64,000 bases of DNA from Podarcis bocagei (taxonomy: Eukaryota), in the NCBI GenBank assembly GCA_964188305.1, contig OZ076885.1; one strand, written 5' to 3'. Numbering within the stretch: the first letter of the stretch is position 1; each line of letters starts with the position of its first letter. Positions 53,301 through 60,418 of the stretch are shown here, piece after piece. The notes under the pieces are model-generated. The model worked only from the letters and a program-made list of their open reading frames with translations. It ran no database searches and was not told the DNA's origin. The position numbers and the translations under genes were made by a program.

Positions 53301-56300
53301 CAAGAGGAGGGGAAGAAGAATCAACCCTGCCCTCCCCTCTGCCACCAAGCACCAGCTCACAGGAGAAGCAGCACTTTTGAGAAGCGCATTAAGAAAAACC
53401 CCTGGTCCAGTTTCAGCTGAAATGAGACTATGGGAGCTGCTTCTCCCATGAGCAGGAAGGTGGCAACAAGGGGGAGGTGGGGGGAGGCTCTTGTCCTTTG
53501 CTTGGCTGCTGCCACTGCGCACAGGAGAAGTGCACAGAGTTCCAGTCCTTTGCAAGCCTCCCTCCCTTGTTTGAAGTTCAGTGGCGAAAGGATTTTGAGT
53601 CAAGCTTGGCTCGTCAGGAACCCTAATAAGGATCTGGCCCAAAAAGGTTCCCCATCCCTGCCTGACTGCAAGAGATTGCTCTTCTCATTGAATGAGAGAA
53701 TGCAACTTTGTGAATCCTCATTACCTTTGTGTTCTTCGCTGACACCCGCTAACAAGGCATAGAAGATATGATAATTACGTTCCTCCGGGTTCTGGTGAAC
53801 AACTCTGTTCTGAAACAAAGAAGAGTGAAGGGTGTGTGACCCCAAAGGCACACACAAACTAGCAGAGCTCCTGGCAATGAAATATGTCCTCGACATAGGA
53901 GGAAGGGCAGCCACTGTGCTCAGCCCTGTTTCTGCTACATCAACAGCATGAAAAGAATCCAGGTACGTGTGCGTCGCCACATACAGTTCTACATGCAATA
54001 TGTCCTGGGGTCTATGCAAGAATGAGGGAAGTCCACACCAAAACCCATAACCAGTCACTGTTTAATCTCCGTTTCCATGCGCCAAATTATACCCCTCCTT
54101 GAATGGGAGGACTGAGGTCTTGCGCTGTCTTCCTTCACTGCCATTTTCTTGTTGCTGCTCCTTCACTACTACTGGAGCCTCTCTCCCTTTTTTCTTTTTG
54201 ATTAATTTAGCACCATTTCATCCATGCACTTTCCGACTGGGACACGTTGCTCATTTGCCTACTTCACAGTCTCAGAATCTGACTACTCCCTTTTCCCTAG
54301 CAAAGCAAATCAGCCTCACTCCTCCCTTTTCAGTACTGTCTTGTGTGTGGGTCCATTAGTGCAATTGCATAGATGCAATTCCGCAAAACAGGACATTTAT
54401 TAATAACAGAGATGTTCAAGGATGAGGAAGCATATGTATTATGGGAAACTCGTGGTTCTTTCTGAGACGGTGAAGGTTTATAGTGAAATGAAACCAAAAA
54501 AAAGGGAATATAGCTTAATGTAGTGCAGACACACCAGAGTTTCTACTGAGCAGAACTTTTAGGGGTGTCGAGACAGTACCCTACCTAGGAGTAGCCATCA
54601 TAGCATCTCCATATCATCTGGACATTGTGAAGGGGCAAAGAAGAGGGGCACGATCAAAATAAATTTTACTCACCTTCTCCAATAAATCTGAGCAATGAGT
54701 TAAGGAGGAAGCAATGGTACGATGGCTCCTAGAAAGACTTCCCAATGTCTGGCAAAGAATCTTTCAATGACATAGGAATCTGGCCGCAAAGAACTCTGTC
54801 CCCAACTTATATGGACGCGGATTGTTTCACTCCTGGATTCTAAACAGTTAGAGAGCTACCCTCTTTTGCAAAGGAAAACTCAACACAGAATCGGAAATGA
54901 GCTGGAAAATGGGGAGGAAGGTCGCCTTGCCTGACATGATTATACCCTGCTAAGTCAGCAGTGGAGACACAACCAGCTCACCAGCTCCGCTTGGCCTTGG
55001 GTGTGCGCTAAGGTAATCAGGGATAAAACCACCAAAAAGAAGGATACAGTCAGTGACTCTCCCACCCTGGATATGCCCATGCTGGGAAAAGTGCAGCTGG
55101 ATGAACTTGCCAAAGCGACTAGAATTGTTGTTGTAGACTGTCTTGGCATTTCCAAAAGCCTCCAGTACTGGGCTAGGAAGGAAGGAAGGAAGGAGATTAG
55201 TAGTGATGTTTGGGGTGTATAATAAGGGTAGACTGCACTTTATTTAAATCTAGGCGTGTTTACTGTGCAGACCTTTCAAATTTTGAGGAACTGAGCTCTC
55301 TCTTAACAAAAACTACAACTCCCTCCAAAAAACACAACCTTCCAAGTTTCTAGCCCTCATGTCTGCAATGACAGACTTGATATCTCCAAAGTCTGTGTTT
55401 ACTGCAACTTGCTCCTCCCCCTTGACCAGCAGAAGCAGAATCAACCAAATATACGTGAACATTTTCAATTAATGTAGCTTATACATGCTGCACAATCCTG
55501 CTTTTCTTAGTGCACCAAGCAGTCCCACTTATACATGTTGGACACCTGAGGAAATGGACGTGGAAACAGCCACCAGAAATGAGCATGGCAGGCATTATCG
55601 ATTTCCTATCTTTGCTCCCCTGGTTCAAAACAGCACAGACCTCTGACCTCTGAAGGGTACCTGGAAAAAGTCAGGCAGATGGATTCTCCTTATCAAGTGC
55701 AGAAATATTCCAAGGAATAAGGACTTTTGCTGGACACTCTCTATGCATTACAGCCCCCTAGCTGAAAAAGGAAGTTTGTGGGCCGTAACTAGAAGGCAGG
55801 CAGTTGGGAAGCTGCAGTGTCAGTCCCACCCCTTGTCCGTGACATGGCCCCCTGAGAGGAGACACCTCCAAACCGCACACTCACGCCAACCCTGTGCTGT
55901 GTGGGCTTATACCTGCTCTCCATGATGGCCTCCTCCACATGTGTGCTCTTCTCTGACGCAGGGCCGCCCAGTGAGGTCTGGCTCATGGCTGACAGGAACT
56001 TCAGCAGCAACTTGGTGCTCTCTGTCTTTCCAGCTCCACTTTCGCCACTGTTAAATGGACAGCCAAAACAACCTGCTCAGGACAGCACCAACCAAAGGGA
56101 ATGCCAGCCTCAATGGCAAGTCAGAAAGAATGGCTCCAGAATGTACGTGCAGCACTCCCCCCAAAATCCCGACTAATGGTTGGGGAGATGTTTGCTGCAA
56201 AGAGCATAAAAAGATAAGGAGAGCCTTGGTGCAGCAGGCCAGCTGTCCACCCTGGTTCAACAACTGGTATTCAGAGGCATACGGCCTTCAAGAATGGAGG

Positions 56301-59300
56301 TACGACACTGAGAGCCTTATCCTCTGTGAATTTGCCCGATACCTTTTAAAGATGGCGGCCATCGCTACATCCTCCATTGCTTAACTATATGCTATGGGGG
56401 GGGGTGCTTTGATTCGTCTGCCCTCCTGATCCAAAGTGCCTCCCTCACCTGATGAGGACGCATTGGCTGTCATGGCGCCTCCACAGGCAGCTGTAGCACT
56501 CGCTGGCTGTGGCAAAGATGTGGGGTGGCAGCTCACCCAGACAGTGCTGGCGGTACAGGTCAATGGCATCAGCATCATACAATCCAGCGATGGGCTTGTA
56601 GGGATTCACAGAGACCAAGATGGAGCCGATGTTTGTCTGGAGGAGAAAGCGGAAAGAACAGCAAAATAAACAAGTGGTTTTAGTGAGCTGCTGGGGACCA
56701 ACTCCATACATTTGTACACATGCGCTTCTGTAAGAGCCGCCACCCACCGTTTGCCACAAGAGGGCAATATTCTACCTCCCTCCGGGCACGTTGAACCCAT
56801 AAAATCTGACAGTGCTCAAATGCTAATAAGCTCCATACAGGGTGATTTGTTTCAGTCACCTTCTTGCAAATATCTACATGAATTGCCATATTATTACAGA
56901 TAGTTCTGTTTGTGTTCAGGGCAGCCAGAGGCCTTCCAAAAAGAGACGCAAGCACAGATCTTGTAAGATCAACAATCAGAAATCTCCCACCTATCGCACA
57001 GTTTGGCCCTCAGACCTTCTGGAGAGGATAAGGAACATCAAAGGCTATTATATACCTGAGGGTGGAAAGGATCCATCATTCTCAGGACAGAAATCAATGG
57101 TTTTAAGTGGAGGCCAGGTCTTGAAAGAAGGCTTAAAAGGACTGAGCCTCTTCAGCCCAGCCGAAAAAAGAAAAGAAAAAAAGGGAAGCTAAGAGGGTAC
57201 ATTACAGCTCTCTAAAAATAATTGGAGGGAGATAGCTATTAATGTAGAGGGAGACATGCTAATTTAGGGTACAGGACATTACTGAGAACAAGAAGAAACT
57301 ATTATATAAGCTGCCCATTCAACAAAATGCAGGGAGCATTCGAATGGTCAGAAGAATTCATATTTGGGAAGAATCTCCCTAGGGGACCTTCAGCAATGAA
57401 GATTTTTTTATTAGGTTTTTTTTTAATGGAGCTAAGTACATTTCAGGGATGCTAAATGATGTACCTGAAGTTTCACTGGAGCCTACCAGGGTGGAGCAAG
57501 AATGTTCCCCTCCTATTTAGTGCCCCCCCAATTCCTTCCTCAGAGGTAGAGATGACCACAACTGGAGATGGGACATTAGATGGACTGTACTATCGTGCTC
57601 AAGTGGCAAGGAAACTTCTATGGGATTCTTAGGGTTTCTTGACAAGTCATGGCCTTGGGCTGAGGGGAAGCCTCATTTCTGTAAGGATTGGGCAGGGAAT
57701 CATCCTTGGCTTCCCGTTCCTTTCTTTCCCTGTATTACTCCTTGGCCATGCTTTGAAGAAGCAGGACACCACTGTGCAGGCTTGGCTGAATGGGAGTCTG
57801 CCCGGATGTTTCTGGGAGTGGGGTGGGCAAAGAAAAACACTGAAACGGGGAAGCAGGATAGTTTCTCAGAAAACAAGAACAGTGCCTGTACATGTTGCCT
57901 CATGTGTCAGGTTCTACAAGATGCTAGAGATGTACTCTTCTTGAAAAAAGAAAGCAAGCTGGGGAGCTGGTGGTTATGTTTCATGGTGGTGGTGGTGGGG
58001 ACTGCTCAGTAGTCTTTAAGTCACTTGGCCTGGTTCACTGAACAAGCAACCATGCAGGAGCACAATGAGAAAATCTACTTCATCTCCTCCTGCTGCAATG
58101 CTGCTCAGAGCTAAGCCAATGTTACATCCAAATCCAGGCCTGTGATTTGCCTCACTCCAAATAAACCATGAACTCTAACCAAGGTTTGTTCTTGGTTCAT
58201 GGTTTGTTTGAGGGAGGCAAACCACGACATAAGACCAAAGGCATACGGTGTCTTGATTTTCGGTAGCGCGGCAGGAGCAGGCCTGGTTCTGGTGTCAAAA
58301 AATATAGTTCAGCATTGTGGGAACAAGGCTAGCTTCCTTCTTGTGCACCCCTCTCTTCCTCCTCTGGCACAGTCACAAGAGGCCATCAAGAGAAGCTTTC
58401 AATTCTTGATTAAACTGCATCTTGCTATGACATCTGAACCTAGCTAAGTGTGCTTAATTTTAAATATGCTTTGTTTGAAACCCAATTTCAAACCATAGTT
58501 TATGAAGCTGGCTTGTTTCAACAAACCATAGTTAACCATGCGGTTTAGATGACACACTAAAACTGTGGCTAACTGAAAACAGAAGCTAAAGCTTCCAATT
58601 CCCTCCTCCTGGCTATGCTAGAGGAGAGGTGGAAAGTGCACATACTGAAAGCTCACTGCAACTTGCCACGCTAAACTCTGGTTTACTCTGGCAACCAGTA
58701 AGTCTTTCACATTTCAGAGTGTAGTAGCCCCATCTCTGAGGGAAAATGAATTATAGCAGAAAGAAGGTTTTTTTATTGTTGTTGTTGGCTTTTTTTAAAG
58801 AAAAGATCAGTTAAATTTTCTATAATCTCTTTTGCCCCAAGGTAGAGCTATGGGTCTGAAATGTGTCAGGACTTACTGTCTCTCACAATAAATCTTTAAG
58901 CGCCTCCTGGGATTTAAAAAAAATATCCACAGGCATACATCCTCCTGCCTAAATCTTCTCTCAGCCCACCATCTACAAAATGGGGATAATAACACTGAAT
59001 GTACAGGGTTGTCACTGGATTACTGAAACCAGATTTTACAAGAGACTCTGAGCTACTGCTTCTGAGTGTCTTCACACTCTCCCCTCCTTGGAAAAATCCA
59101 AGTAAACCATGTATGGTGGGGGTATCATTGCACTGTGTGTGTGTGTGTGCTGCCTGTACCTTGCATCGCTGCTTGGCAGGGATGGGGAAATGTACAGTGC
59201 AATCACATCGTGTCACATACTATCTGTCTTAGATATTACAAGAAACAGAGAGCAGGAGCAGCCATGGTGCTGTGTCTCATGTAAGTTCTAGGATGCCCCC

Positions 59301-60387
59301 AATACAGTGTCTGCGAAATACTCTCTGATCATTTAAACATATACTGGTATGCAAATGCTAATTATTATTCTATTTCCCTACAGCAAAGAGAGAGATGGGG
59401 GAGGGAGGGAAGAAGTAGCAAACTGAGAAATTAGGGTAGGCAGTTGTCAAAGGGATGTTCAAGAGGGTAAGATCCGATTGTAAAGGTCTGGGCAGTAAAG
59501 AGCTGCTTGCACAGGGAACACTTGAGAGGTTGCAGGATGGAGATAGACCTGGGTCAAGAGAGCAGAAAGAGAAGGCATGTCCATCACGAGACAGCAAAGA
59601 TTTATTACTATGCAATACAGACTTTGCAACTTCCTTGTCTGCCCAAAATGGAGAAGATGCTTCCCAGAAATCGGGTCACTTAATTGATCATTTACTGGAA
59701 TACAAGATGCATACAGTCCTGTTGCCTTAGTAACTGTTGCTATGCAACACAGCCTAAGATCCACATTTCAATATCAGAATTTGAACGGGCTTGCACACAG
59801 GTAAGAAAGAAGGAGGAGCATGCCTCATGGCCCTTCTCGCAGTCCCAGGTAATCTTGCAAACACCATAAATGGCACAGAGCCCCCTGCATCTCTCTGCCT
59901 CCCGTACACAAATCCTGAAGTAGGATGAAAGAGGACGTTTACTGCCTCTGGTGCACATGTCTGTCATTCAGCCTAGGAAACCTGCTCCAGGAAGAAACAC
60001 CTGGAGCATCTTCAATGCCAGCTGCTGAGAGTCCTCTTGCAAAGAGAACCAACCACTGATGGCATGGCAAACATTGCTGCATTTCTCAGCTGCAGCAGCC
60101 CAGTAGCTACTCCTGGACACTCAAGCCTAGACTAGGCATTCAGTAAAACGAGGTAGCTTCCAAAATGGCAAAATAGAGTATATCACTATGGAATGCAGAT
60201 GATGGGATAGCATTTTTGAATTCTTCCTTTCGTAAAAATGCCCCTTGCAAGTAGAAAACTAGTGCCTACAGAACAGGCTAGGGTAAAAACTCTTTCTCTG
60301 GTGTGCTAATTTTGGGTAGGTCTTTTTTCAAACTTATGGGCTTTTCCTTTTACTATAGGGAAGCATTAAAAACAGCACTCCCATATT

Positions 60388-60418
<31 letters not shown>

